64,000 nt of DNA from assembly GCA_002189035.1 (NCBI GenBank), contig NEEC01000015.1, positions 1,488,001 to 1,552,000 of the forward strand, given 5' to 3'. The notes beneath the pieces are model-generated. The model did no database searches. It had not been told where the DNA came from and was given only the letters and a program-made list of their open reading frames with translations. Source of the DNA: Utricularia gibba (Eukaryota > Plantae > Magnoliophyta). A program made the position numbers and the translations under genes. Positions 51,198 to 64,000 of the stretch are shown here, one piece after another. Positions within the stretch are counted from its first letter, which is position 1, and the number at the start of each line of letters is the position of its first letter.

Positions 51198-51722
51198 TCA
51201 TGCCACATATGATGAAGTAGAAGAACGTTGCTGTTCATCATTCAGAAAGGTATTGGCAACTGCCATAAAGATCCCGAGGATATCCAGCGCCTGCAGCGCC
51301 GCCGCCTTCACCTTCTCCGGCACCTGATTCCCGAAGCTGCGGGTGCAGTCATTGATATCCAGCATGGCCTCCCACCCCTTCGTCAGCAGGAAGTTAACCG
51401 CCGTCGCGTCGCGGGGAGGCAGCCAAGCACTGCATTGCTTCAGGTCACCAATGGCCTCGGCGCCAAGCGACACGTATGCATCCACGGGCTCGCCCTGTCC
51501 GATCGACTTCACCGTCGTGATGACCCCGTCGGACGCCGCGATCGCCTTCTGAAGCACGATCTCGCCCAGAGTCGTGAGGTCGGCTCCCTTCGACCGCGCC
51601 TCTGATCTGAGTACGCCGCTGCAGGAGGAGGGGTTCGAAGTTTTGCTGCATACGACGTCGATCAAGTCGGCCCGAGCCGTCGTCAGAAAAGCCAACGTCA
51701 GGATGATGAGGATGGAAGCCAT
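51198..51722 (-). CDS. Plant invertase/pectin methylesterase inhibitor (PMEI) domain protein, intronless
   Basis: Signal peptide; IDVVCSKTSNPSSC (C-x8-C); helical body; C-terminal DCTRSF; GC-rich ORF; TATATA upstream at about 51768. Confidence 0.88.
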   Translation of the reverse strand: MASILIILTLAFLTTARADLIDVVCSKTSNPSSCSGVLRSEARSKGADLTTLGEIVLQKAIAASDGVITTVKSIGQGEPVDAYVSLGAEAIGDLKQCSAWLPPRDATAVNFLLTKGWEAMLDINDCTRSFGNQVPEKVKAAALQALDILGIFMAVANTFLNDEQQRSSTSSYVA

Positions 51723-52659
51723 GAGTGCAGTGCAGTTGCAGGTCTTGTGTGAGGGAAAACCCTAGAATATATAGAAGTTTTTTTTTCTTTTGGAAACCGA
51801 ATGTAATTACAAATTCTGCTTTGAAGATTATGGGAATTAATCTAAGGAAAAGGAAGGTCAGAACAAATTCTGAATTAAAATTCGTAATTATGACGTCAAC
51901 ATTAATTTTTGAAATGTAATTCAAAAATAGATTCTGAAAACAAAATCAATTTTAGGTATGAATTGAAATTCAATTCTCTTATTTTCCATACTCTAAAATT
52001 AAATTTACAAAATTAGAAAACATGAAAGCAATAATCTTTAACACAGATTATAACTACTTCAGACAAGTTTAGGATGTAATAACACTCATAGATTTAATGT
52101 GTGCTCTCCTCTTGAAACACTAGAAACAATAAAAAGTGTTCAAGTGTCTAAACACTCATTTGTTGACAATAATTTTGAAAAACTATTTTTGTTATTAATT
52201 ATTACAAATATTTATACTAAATATATTTATCAAATATAATATTTAAATATATGCATGTTGTTTCCAATTGATTAGATGGAAGATAATATGTGAATTTATT
52301 TTTATTTGAAATAAAAAAAATTCTTTAGGGTTATTTTTATTATTTATTACAGATTTCAATAGATTACTTTTTTTTATTCGTACATAATTTAAATAACCAA
52401 TCAAACGTATAAACAATATTTAGTTTACTATCAAAATCCTCATTATCAATCTAACAAAATACATACGTAAAATATATGTATCAAATAAATTTATGACATA
52501 TGTGTTTTCTAAATATAAATAATTTAAATACATTATTAATTAAAGAATATGGAGTCAAAATCAAAGTTCAAGCTTTCTTTGTGGTGCTCTGGAATGAGAA
52601 ATGAGAAGTGAAAAGAGAAGACTTGGTATCTATACATTCAGGTGATGAGTGTCTCTGTG

Positions 52660-53699
52660 TCACCTATTCATTATATCATCCTTCTTGACAGTGAAATCCC
52701 ATAAATCCCCATATTTCTCATTGAACTCCCAAATATCCATGGTGTTGTAATCAGCTATTAACTTGTCGCGGGCTCCTCTCTCCATGGTGTATATCTCAGG
52801 CTCGAAGTTGTGGGGTTCGCTGGGCTTCGTCATTTCGATGCCGATGAAAGTCACAGTGAACACTGCTGCCCCGATGTACAGATACTCTCCCTGCAGATAA
52901 AGATTGTTAGATGCGTTTGTGGGCGAATCATCAATCAGTCTTGGACTGGTTTGCAGTACCGGAACGTTGAAGTACAGCCCAGAAGCAATTGCGGGGAGGA
53001 AAAGCCATGAGATGAGACCTGAATCAGAGCAGGTTCTCATGATGGAGTTACATGTCCAATCTTGAATAGAAACATCATGAAAAAAGTTACAGTTTATCGC
53101 TCAATCCTCAGAGAAAATGGTACCTTGGAATCCTGTGGGAGGACCCATGGCTGCATAATCTTCAGCGATTGCACCCCAGAAGGATCCTGAGATGACAGAA
53201 CAAGGGACATTCTGGGATGGCAGTATAAGCAACTAAACTAAAAATAAAGGCCAATATAATCGATTCTGGAATGAACCCAGAACTCAGGGGCTAAGAGAAG
53301 AGGAGCAGATACCCCTTTCATCACTTTCGAAGTAGGTGTGGTGCCCATCATACTTGCCATACTCGAACTCATCCTACAGTTAAAAGAGAAGAGGGGCTTC
53401 AGTTAATATGCAGCAGGGAAGAAAGGAGTTCGAAATGAAATTACTTCATCGATCCCATTTGTTGCCCATTGATCCTTGAAATCTTCGTTGAGATCCGGCT
53501 CAATTTCTGAGAGCGCAGATTTCAAGCTTGCAGATTTTTTTCGGAGATGATTCGTCTCTATTTTCTGGTACATCTGACATGGGCTCCTACTGGATAACCC
53601 CCTTTTCCTGAAGGCGCTCTCTTGGAGCTTCTTGTGTGAAAAAAGATCGCTCTTTGAAGCAGTAGCCACAGGAAACGAGGGGCTCAACACGGCCGCCAT
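52660..53699 (-). CDS. PNSB5: Photosynthetic NDH subunit of subcomplex B 5 (PnsB5/NDH18), 5 exons
   Basis: Transit peptide; LSEIEPDLNED; EFEYGKYDGHHTY; GSFWGAIAED; LISWLFLPAIA; PHNFEPEIYTMERGARDKLIADYNTMDIWEFNEKYGDLWDFT. All exons in frame. Confidence 0.95.
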
Positions 53700-54096
53700 T
53701 TTTCGGAATTCAAGTATACTCAGAGGGCAGAGTGAACACCCTTCACCTGCATCTTATCCATCGGTTTCAAAAAGAGAGGAATCCATGACTACACATGGCG
53801 GCGAGTTGATTTCCTCCAATCCCAACCGTTTCAGATAATAAAAAAAACTTCTTTGTCACCAACACCACACAAGTGGCTTGCGCCATTTTCACCACTGCAC
53901 TGCCAAATAACTAAGAAAACCAAACTTGTTTAATTTTCTCTACGGTGGGTCATCTCAACTCAACCTTGAAGTGAGGGGAAAACCAAGCAGCAATAGTATT
54001 ACTTGACCAGAAATTGCGGTCATAAAAAAGCAGTACCGAATGTAACAACATTGGAGAGGGCGTGTGTAGGAGATATACATATCATTCAGAAGCCAC

Positions 54097-57000
54097 CTAA
54101 ACAGTGTAAATCCGCATGACTTGATCGATCTTGGAGCGGCAAACAGGGCACCCCCAGTTCTTGGCCTTGATCTCATTCAAACAAGACATGCATCCTGCCA
54201 AATGCCCACAAGGCACACAAGCACCCTCCACTGGCGCATCAAGGCAGATGGAGCAATTTGAAGGCGTGGACGAAGGAGCACCCTCTTCCTTCTTTTCACT
54301 AAGCATTTCCTTGTCATCGAGGAGGCTGCTAAGATCGATCGATGGATAATGAATCCGGCTATCGTGTTCCAAACCGGGGGGAGCTGAAGGCATTGGAAAT
54401 GTGGAGGTGGATGAAGGGCCAGCTTTAGATTCAGCTTGTTCAACGTCCCCATTACTGCGGTGATCATATCCATCAACGGAGGAGCTATCGGTAGAGTGTG
54501 AACTTGTAGCGGAGGAGGGACTGGGGGGCCCCTCGTTTATCCCAAGAACAATTGACGAAGCGCTTTGATTTTCGTGCTGTGCAACTGCAGCAGGAGCATC
54601 AAGGGCCTGTTGATGCTGAAAAGGAAATGCGGGATGAACCACCACCTGCCTCGTCAATTTTTTTTCGCAATGATTAGAGCTGGTTTATTGAAATGAATGC
54701 ATACGGAAAAATGTAGTAGCATCAAGTATGCAGGAAAACACGGAATTGCTGCAACCTGAGGAATTCCTTTGCAAGCGTTGCAGAATCTTCTTAGTTGTTC
54801 CTTCTCTGTTTCATTCAAGGGTCCAAGTTTAATCCTAATATCTGCGCCAACAACATTTATACGGTTCAAAAAAGTCAGCACCATACTCTGTGCCATCAAG
54901 CATGCAAATTAGACAGCCTATAAAAATACTATGCGGATCGCATGACCAGAGTGGAAACTGTACGTACTTCTTGCCTCCTGAGAGCGCCTAAGAGCTCGTC
55001 TTCTCCTCCAACGTCTAGGCACTGCAAAAATTAAAAACCAATTAACTTCTTAACACGAAAACTTTATAAGAAAATATATAAATAATCATGCCCCATTACT
55101 CCTTGATATATCAGATATGGTAGCCACGGGATCTGGCTGGTTAAAATTTGGTTCCTCTAGATTTGACTTCCACAGTGGGACAATTGTACGTGGCTCGGAC
55201 TCCTGAAAAAAGTGTAATACAAATAGCTTAAACCATTTTGCAAATAACAACTCGGAGAGGTGACAAGCAGTGTGTGCATAATCCTAATGCATGCGAAATA
55301 AATAAATAAATAAATAAGATATACAGCGTGCACTACAATAGGATATTTAAGCAGGAGATACAAGAGCAACTAAAATGGTTAGCTGGGAAGACAACACGAG
55401 ATTAAAGAAACTGAAAAATTAGTTTCAAGTCACCTGTGCACCATTATATATTGCAAGCTCTAGCTTCAAAGGTTTTTGAAGATTCCGTGAGCCACAGGGT
55501 AGAATGACCACCCAACTGTGATTACAAGAACTTTATCATTCGTATTTTTACCAAGTCACAACAATATAAAGGTAAATCAAAGTCTTGATCATTGATAAAA
55601 GCAGCCGTCTTCTTACCTTTTAATTAATAAATCAAAATACTTTTAAACAGGGTGACGGCCGCATGGAGGAAGCAAGTAAGGATATTTTCATTTTTTTTTT
55701 AAAAAAAATACAATCATATCAGGATGCAATCATCACGGCACGGTAGCAACATGCCCACGAAACTCACACTTTTCTAGAAAGCAATTGAGGAGCCAGAAGA
55801 TTCAGGAAGCCCAGTCCATAAAACTCCAGCAGCCAACCAGAAAATAAGCACAAACGGTCCTGTGCATATCACAAAAGAACACCAATTTAAGCTAATGCGC
55901 ATGAAGAATATATTCAGCAGAGCAGTACCTCAATTGCACGAACAACATAATTATAACCACCGGCCCTAGCAACATCGAGGGGTGTTTGGTAATCATCATT
56001 CATCACTAATGCATTAGCTGAAATTCAATAAAGAAAATGAATAACACGAGATGAGCATTGTATTTTTTACAGCAAGAATGCAATGACCTCCGTGTGAAAG
56101 AAGTAAGTTAACTGTCCCATAAAGGCCACATCTAGCAGCATGATGCAGAGGAGTTCCAGCTTGCCGTCCTGGAATTAAACTTAACCTATGAATTACAAGT
56201 ATGACGCAACAACTATCTTTTTCAGCTTATAAGTCTGAAATGTATTAATGCCACCAGAAACGGAAAAATAATGAGAGAAAGCCTAATGAACTCAAACTAC
56301 TCTTAAGATATGTAGCATGAAAAATCTGTTCATAGTTACAGAAAACTGTCCACATTACAACCCAAGAATGATTCTTTTCCAACACGATGATTTTATGAAA
56401 TCTCATTTTTTAACATCAGCCCTAAGCAAGGAATGCAATTCACCAACAAGAATCATGTCCTTGTGGATAAACTTACCTGGACGATAAGCATTAACATTGG
56501 CACCCAAGTCTATCAATGTCTCTGCTACATTATACAGCTCAGGTTTCATGCAAGCAGCAATGAGAGGAGTTTTTGATTCACGGTCCATCCACTGCAAGAT
56601 AAAACATAATGAGTGCCTTTTGATCATCAGATGCTGACTAATTTAATTTTCTTGTATTTTACTCCTACATGGATCCTATAAAGGGAAGGTATCATGAAGC
56701 TAACCACTCCTCCATGCTCTCAATGAAAAGTGCAAGACAGTTGTTTATTCCAGTTATATAATGAATATATTTGAGTTAGTCCTTTTTCCCCTGATCTTAA
56801 TCAACAGTCAGTGACAACACCCATGATGCTGTCCATGTTTGCTTGTGATCTATTGTCAAATAAAAACAGGAGCTTGGAAAAAAGGAGCAAGGATATTCCC
56901 CTAGAGAACACTTAGGAATCATATCATGATTACCAAAATAAAAACGCAGATTTCATTCACAGTCTCAGCCATCTCAATCTGAAAATCTAAGGAAAGAAGC

Positions 57001-57193
57001 AATATTACACCTCCGTCCCAAAAACACACGGGCAGGGAAGCATCAAAGCTCATCCAGAAGGCGTATAAGAAAGAATCTAAATTGTGTTCACCTCAAGACC
57101 AGCTCCTTCGCTCCGGAGAGCTTTGACCGCTTCAACGTTCCCCAAATTGACTTGATCATACAGCTGCTGATCCTTCGATTGCTGCAGCCCCAT
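54097..57193 (-). CDS. XBAT35: Ankyrin-repeat RING E3 ubiquitin ligase XBAT35/XBAT34-like
   Basis: MGLQQSKDQQLYDQV (N-terminal Gly2); ankyrin WMDRESKTPLIAAC, GTPLHHAA; WVVILPCGSRN...KLELAIY; C-terminal C3HC4 RING CSICLDAPVEGACVPCGHLAGCMSCL...CPVCR. Confidence 0.93.
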
Positions 57194-58387
57194 CCTCAGA
57201 CTAACGACGGATACTCCGAACCTCCGGAAAGAAAGCGAACAAGAAAAAACCACACAGATCCGATAACTGGAACTCGATAAGCAAGAGTATCCAGTGAAGA
57301 AGAGATATGAGAGAAACGCTTCTAGTAAGTCATTTTCCGCAAGTCCCAGGAGCTTTCCCTTGAAAATTGAAATGCTACGCGTTTTCCAAACCAACCAACC
57401 AACTATTCTCGTTTCACCAAAATACCCCCAATACGTATTTCAATTTCCAAAATAACCCTATTTTGAAATGCCTCACATATTAATTACCAGTACGAACGAA
57501 AGAGGCAGCCCCCGGAACCCTAACAGCTGACTCCATGCATCGTATCGTTTCATCTTCAAATAATGAGTTCAATTACGTATTTTAAATTAAATCGAAAAAT
57601 GGGATTAACTCATTTTAAAAAATAATTTTAATTTAAAAAAATTATGAAATGCGATTTAATTCATCTAAGATTAAATCGGAAAATCAGTCCGTATAAAAAT
57701 GTTAATTTTGATCAAAAGCTACTCCTGTTCTGTTCTGACAATAACTATTAGCTACATAACTAATTGACTCTTGAATCTGATTGGTGATCATTTGATTTCG
57801 CATTTAAATAAATTTTTTAAATTAGAAAAAAAAACTGCAAATTACTTGTATAAATGATTTGTAATTTCAACGGTTAAAATCGTAATTAAATCGTACAATT
57901 TTTTCTAAAAATTTTTTTTAAAAAAATATTTTATATAAAAATATTGAATTATTATGAACCGTAAGTAAATCACGATTAAATCTTAATTTATTTTATCCTA
58001 TTGTAAAACGATTTGAAATATGATATTTGAATCAAATAATAGTTTATGTCTTCACTAGTAGTTTCAAAAAAATGTTTCAAAAATAATCTCATTGTCAAAG
58101 TCATTTTGTTTCAAAAGAGAATAAATTTAAAAATATTCATTATTCTTAAGAAACTAAATAACAGTAACTTATATTACTTATATTTTATTAAAAACACTTA
58201 TTGAAAAATATTTTTAAAAAATATAATCAAAATGGAACTGTTGGACTATGGAGACTAGTATATGCACTCACTGTAAAGCTCAGAAACATTGAGACTTTAA
58301 AAATGAAATTCTGTGTCATGAATGAGGTCCTAATTTACTTACATGTCAAAATTTGGGTTGAGCTCCTCATCATCAAGCTGCAGCCCA

Positions 58388-60661
58388 TCACCAGAAGTCC
58401 CTGCAAGAGCAACAACCCTTTCTGCAGTGATGAAATCTAGTTCGATCTCTTATGATGATTTCCCTGTCAAGCACCTCAGATGCCAATTTCATGAACTTGT
58501 GGCAGTCTTCACATATTCTAAGGTTCTTGATTATACGTATGGGGCTGCTTGCTTCCTTGTGTATGAGCCCATAGCAAAGAGCTAGCTTCTCGCTGTGCCA
58601 AAGAACAACCTCTCGCTTTTCATCTTCATCCAAATCTACCAACACACCACGGGTATCTGGAGTGTATCCTACCTGTTTCAGCCTGTCAACTAATTCATAT
58701 AGCTTGGCATAAACCTCATCTGTGTGCTCATGGTTCTTGTCTGCTGTTAGGAATTCATGTATCACACCGTGTATTTCAACTCTGCTGCATCCTCGTTCTT
58801 TTGAGATTCCCTTCTCCTTCATGAACTGCCGCAAGCTACCAACGTTTTCCCAACATCTGTCTTTTGCGTACATATTTGATAGGAAAACATGAGCTCCATC
58901 ATGGTCAGGATCTAACTTGAGAACTTGTTTTGCAGCAAAGTCTCCCAGTTCGAAGTCACCATGAATCCGGCAGGCAGCCATGAGGGATCCCCAGATGATA
59001 ATATTTGGGGCCATTGGCATAGTCTCTACAACCTCTAGTGCACGACGCAGATGATTAGCTCGACCATAGAGGTCCACCAAGCATCCATAATGTTCCAATC
59101 TTGGTTTAATTCCGTAGTCATGTACCATTGATTCAAATGCCTTCTGTCCTTCATCCACTAAACCCGCATGACTGCAAGCATTGAGAACAGAAACGAAAGT
59201 AACCCAGTTCGGATCCACATTTCGGAGTTTCATCTGGTTGAAATGCTTTAGAGCATTTTCAGCATCTCCATGAACAGCAAAAGCATTAATCATGGAGGTC
59301 CAAGATATTACATTCCTCTTGCGCATTTCTGTAAAGACTTGTTTTGCATCCTGAAGACTACCACACTTGGCATACATATCAATGAGAGCATTGCGTACCG
59401 GCAAAGCTTTTCCAAATTCTTCTCCATCCACAGTTGCATGGATTTTTCTAGCATGATCAAGTGCACCAAGATGCGCGCATGCTGAGATGACACTTAACAT
59501 GGTCACTTGGTCGGGCTTGCATCCGGATTTCAGCATGTCGTCAAATAGCTTGAGAGCATCTTGAGGCTTATCGCTCTCTGCATAACCAGCAATCATTGCA
59601 CTCCAGCAGACCAAATCTCTGTCAACAATGCCATCAAAAATTGATCTAGCAGCCTGGATATTCCCATGTTTTGAATGGCCTGTTATCATCGCAGTTGATG
59701 CCACAACATTCTTGGGATTCAGGGTGCAATACATGGTTTCAGCCACATCCATGGAACCAGAGGCCGCGTACATGTTTAAAAGAGCTGTTTGTGTCTGCGA
59801 ATCAAGCACCATACGATTCTGAGTGATGAATTCATGCACTACTCTTCCTGCAGCCAAATTTTTAAAGCGAGCACAAGAAGAAAGAATAGTAGTGAGAACT
59901 CTCTCATCCGGTTCTATGCCGAATTTCTTCATCTCTTGCAGAAGGACTAAAGCATCATCAAAAAGCTGGCTTTGGCAATATCTGTTTGAAAATACGTCTT
60001 AAGAAATCAAAGAGAGATGAAAAAAACTCAATCTACTCAGACTAGAAGCATACCCGTCAATAACAATATTCCAAGCAACAATGTCTCTATGAGACATTTT
60101 ATCAAACAAGAGACGCGCATCAGTGATCAGACCACAGGCAGCGTACATGCCCACCAACGCAGTCTCCACATAAGGATCAGAATCATACCCAAGTTTCGCT
60201 ACAAGTGCATGAATCATCCTCCCTTCACTTAAAGCCGTGGACTTCGATGCCGCCTTGAGCAGTGGCGGGAAGCAGAATCTGTCCATAGGAAAAGATTTGC
60301 TTATCATAGTTTGAAAAAACAAGAGCGCATTCAGGGGATTGCTTGAGCGTGAGAGGTGCTTGATGATTTTGTTGGACAATTGACACGTAGGTGAAGAATT
60401 GGAGGGGATAGAGGAAAGCAGTGAGAGAGCGTACGACGGGAAGGAGAGGGACGAGAGTAGGAGATGAAATAGGTGGTGGTGGTGGTGGTGTCCACCGTGG
60501 GTGGGATTTCTGAGGATTTGGGCATGAATTTGCTTCAAGTGAGAAACTGAAGTGGCAGCGGAAATGAGGCTCGCGAAGTTTGTCTGGGTGTACGGTACGG
60601 CGATGGTGGCGCTTGTCGCCGGCGGCAAAGTGCCGTAGAGCAGCGGCTGGAGCACAGCCAT
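58388..60661 (-). CDS. PLS-class PPR protein with E/E+/DYW domain, 2 exons
   Basis: ATG 60661; intron 60053-59982 (GG|GTATGC...CAG|A); PLS repeats; HSEKLAL and CEDCH zinc-binding motifs; ends in DFW*. Confidence 0.95.
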
Positions 60662-61363
60662 CAAATCGTGAAGTTGAGGTTGGAAGTTGGGGACTATATA
60701 CCTTCCACTACCATGTCCCAAAATCAATTCGATTTAATCAAATATCCATTTTTTATTATTTTCTATTTAAAGAAAAAGAAAAAAAATTGAAAATACTTTT
60801 CAATAATGAGCTCAAGGGACCGTGTGTAAGGCTTTCAGCAAGGTGTACAACTCAACCTCATGTGTCAAATTTGGAATGTATCAAAAAAGTGATCAACATA
60901 TTTTGAATATGTAATAAAATTGATTATCCTATATGTAAAAAATTGATCTTAATACTTGAAAAATAAAAATAAGATGATTAATTTTCTAAATCCGTCAAAT
61001 TTGCACCATAAAACAATTAGGGACAAAATCAATGATTTTTGTGCTGCTTTTCTTCGATTGATGCTGAAAAAAAATCATAAATGTGGGGTATTACAATCAC
61101 GATTCAGATGATTGACCCTGGTCTACTTACACACCGCAATCCAAAGAACAGAATGAATTTTCACAAAAGAAGATCCAAAATTCAAACCTAATATATAACC
61201 TGGCATGAAACAAGGCTACCTTGTCATTCATGAGGCTTTTTTGGAAAATAACCCAGAACAAGCATATTGGCATATGCTAAATCAGAAGACCAATGCAGCT
61301 GCTAGTAGCCACCACTGGAGATGAAAAGAGAAACCACAGCCACCATTGGGAAAGTGGTGAGGG

Positions 61364-63941
61364 CTCAGAAATTAACTGGAGAATAGGAGCTCCGGTGACT
61401 GTATGAGGGGCCTCTGAATCTCCTCATTGTGGACAAAAAGAAACTCTGCAAGGGTACCACAACATGAAAACAAAGTATTGGTCATGTAATACTCCCAAAC
61501 AGTTTGTTTTTTTGGTTGTTTAGTTGATCCTGCAATTCATGCATTATGGGAGTAATACTGGTTATATAAACAGTTCATGCTCTTGATTGCAAGCTTCGTG
61601 AGGCAAAAAGCTTGAATAATATTGTAAAAGCTGCTCATGAAAAAATGGGGAATAAAAGCTTGCACATTTTGAGGAAGTTCCCTACCTGTGTTCTATGTGG
61701 TAAGCTTGTCCAAAACCCCAAGTTTGGAATGACCTGCAAGCAAAATGGAGAATGGAAAAATTTACTACCGATAACCTGATTTTGATTACCTAAAATTTTT
61801 AAAAATGAGATTTCGAGCATTAAAAGAAACATAGGCTTTCACCATAAAATGTGGAATTTGTCTCGAAATTAGAAGTCAAACAAACCTTTAAAAGTCACAC
61901 ATAACTAACCTATAGTTGAACATAATAAATGAAGCACACAATAAAGCTCACAGGCATTGAAGTTGATCCTGATTTTTCTTATATCTAAAAGTGTATTGTA
62001 AAAAACAGCTCAAGTTTCAAGGAAAACAGATATTTGACTCACATCTATCCCACGAATATGAAGAACAAAGTGCCGAAAAGCTGCACCAGCTAGAAAGTAA
62101 GCTCCGAAGATGCATAAGATGCTAGAATAAAGAATTCAAGCATATTAACCATATGATATTCTATCAAAAAAAATTTCAAAACGATCAGCACGGAATCAAA
62201 TTGCCTACATGACCATTATAGTACCAAACCATCCTATTCCATTTTCATTAGATGATACAATCTTCGCACAGCCTAATGGATGTTTCAAGTCTGTACTCTG
62301 TGACGTGAAACCAGCAGTAATCAGTGAAAACATAAAAACATGAAACAAGATAAAAGGTTCAAAAATACAAAGAGAAAGGCCAGTAAAAGGACACCCCACG
62401 AACATTAAAATACTTACATACTCACATGCTCCATGAAGTTGCAATGTCTGGGGGCCCTGCAAGAATTCAAGCATCAGCTAACTTGTTTAATAAGCAGTCA
62501 AACAAGTTGAGAGAGAGATACAGAATTTCATACATGCCATACAATCTCATACCTGAACTTTATGAGAATCACAAACGATCGACACAGATAGAGAACAGTT
62601 GCCCCTAGTTCCAACATTGATCATTTTAAGAATGACTCCTGTGTCAGGCGTCTTTTCATCTGATAAAAATATTATCCATGAAAAACTGGAAGCATAAATC
62701 ATGCGCATTTGTCAAAAGTGAATTGAAAACTCACCACGAGGACTGATGGTTGTACTTGATGGCTTACCAAGGGTTGTACAAACTGGGTAGCCTGTATGAA
62801 AATGCATCAACAACTTCAAGAACTTATATATGAAAAGCAAGCATTTATTCCATTCATTACATGGAGTGGGTAACCAAATAAAGAAAGCCTCCAGAATCAA
62901 AGTTGAACCTTAAGACACAAGCAACCAATAGAAAGACGAGATACATATAAAAATATATTTACCTTCTATTCGATTAGAAACAAGTGCACCGCAGCCCATG
63001 CCACAGTGTAAGCCACCACAGTCCTTCAGATAATAAAACGCCTTAGCGGGTTATACTAAAAGTTCAACCATGGAGAACAATAAATTTATACATAGAGAAG
63101 ATAAACAAATTCAAACTCTAGAAAGTGACAACTAGATTGGAACATAAGATAGTTTTCATCAGTAAACGACAAGCAATGTCCAGCAAAGTAACATCAATAA
63201 CACCCTACGAATAAATATTACGGTATATCATTAAAGTGAGAGACAGCACTAGGAAGAACATAGAGGCCATTTACTAATGAAATAAAACTGAAGTGACTCT
63301 TAATCTGTGAAACATAAATTTTGACAGAAAAGAAGGTTAACAGTAACTTTTCACTCGTAATGCGAAGACATAAGGGGCAAGAACCAAAAAAGGTGATCAT
63401 ATTCCGACGGAAGAAGAACTCACCTCACAATTAGCACATACTGGAGCATCATGATTAAATACCATTGAGCCACAAAGCTGTTTCGCATCACTAGAGAAAA
63501 TTACAAGACAAAAATACCGACGATCGAAAACAATAGTGACCACTATAAAACAAAAACAATATAAAGAGGAACCGTAAAACCAACCTGAAACCAAAGCGTA
63601 GACCCATTTGCAGTCACTTTGTAAAACCTAAATTCCAGGTTATCAAAACAAATTGTGAAGAGCAATGCTTTAACATGTGCAAATGACCCAGAGAAGAGAA
63701 TGGTATTTGCAGAAAATGGGTGGCAATTCATATGATTGAGAAATTACCCATCTTCACTAAGGATCCCATGTGGAAACATGGGCCGTGCACCAGCCAAGGC
63801 ATAGTGATACAGCTTGTTCTTTTCTTTCACCTTCAATTCACATAGCGAAGGAACCACGTCCGCCCAGCCTCCCCGGAGAATCGTCAGCACGAGAAGTAAA
63901 ACAAGAAACCGTCCGCTGATAAATACTCCATCAACTCCCAT
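61364..63941 (-). CDS. ATG27/mannose-6-phosphate-receptor-homology-like type I membrane protein, 11 exons
   Basis: Signal peptide; PHGILSEDG|FYKV...LWFQ|LCGSMVFNHDAP; Cys-rich lumenal part ending HPLGCAKIV; TM GWFGTIMV|ILCIFGAYFLAG; tail RGID|VIPNLGFW...SSYSPVNF*. All exons in frame. The ATG27 label is recalled, not searched. Confidence 0.8.
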
Positions 63942-64000
63942 TTCTTCCCAACCAAATAATGAGGGGAAGAAGCTGAAGCAGATAATCCCTTCAAATCAGG

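Noticed and set aside
1-64000. Telomerase RNA, snRNA, miRNA hairpin, CRISPR array, NUMT/NUPT or intact retroelement
   Set aside because: By eye I found no USE+TATA Pol III promoter, template region, long hairpin, spaced repeats, organellar genes or gag/pol/transposase ORF. A covariance-model scan (Rfam/Infernal) would be needed to exclude small ncRNAs.

Overview
Gene-dense eudicot nuclear DNA: 21 protein-coding genes (mostly spliced; about 1 per 3 kb) and one tRNA-Ser(AGA). I see no intact transposon, CRISPR array or prokaryotic or organellar insert. In order: PSK-simulator/DUF668 (3' part), cystatin, RALF, ASR, an uncharacterised gene with promoter E2F motifs, RCC1/RUG2-like, DUF3755/SANT, MSH1, tRNA-Ser, a small conserved unknown protein, ING1, AAE15/16, a CTNIP/SCREW-like peptide, XRCC4, ARID-HMG (HMGB15-like), a SPRING1/C12orf49-like protein, an unknown PRPRAVLSSP protein, PMEI, PnsB5, XBAT35, a DYW-PPR and an ATG27/MRH-like membrane protein. 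Family assignments come from recalled motifs, not database searches. Main caveat: at least 9 apparent -1 frameshifts interrupt otherwise well-conserved exons (MSH1 x2, XRCC4 x2, AAE, SPRING-like, two unknown genes). Each can be repaired by adding one base to a C or G run, which points to homopolymer under-calling in the assembly rather than real gene loss. No clearly new multi-gene system is provable from sequence alone. The best leads are the plant SPRING-like protein as a possible site-1-protease cofactor, the unknown protein with E2F motifs and twin SYRRxLPY motifs, a tRNA directly behind the MSH1 stop, and a CTNIP-like phytocytokine.
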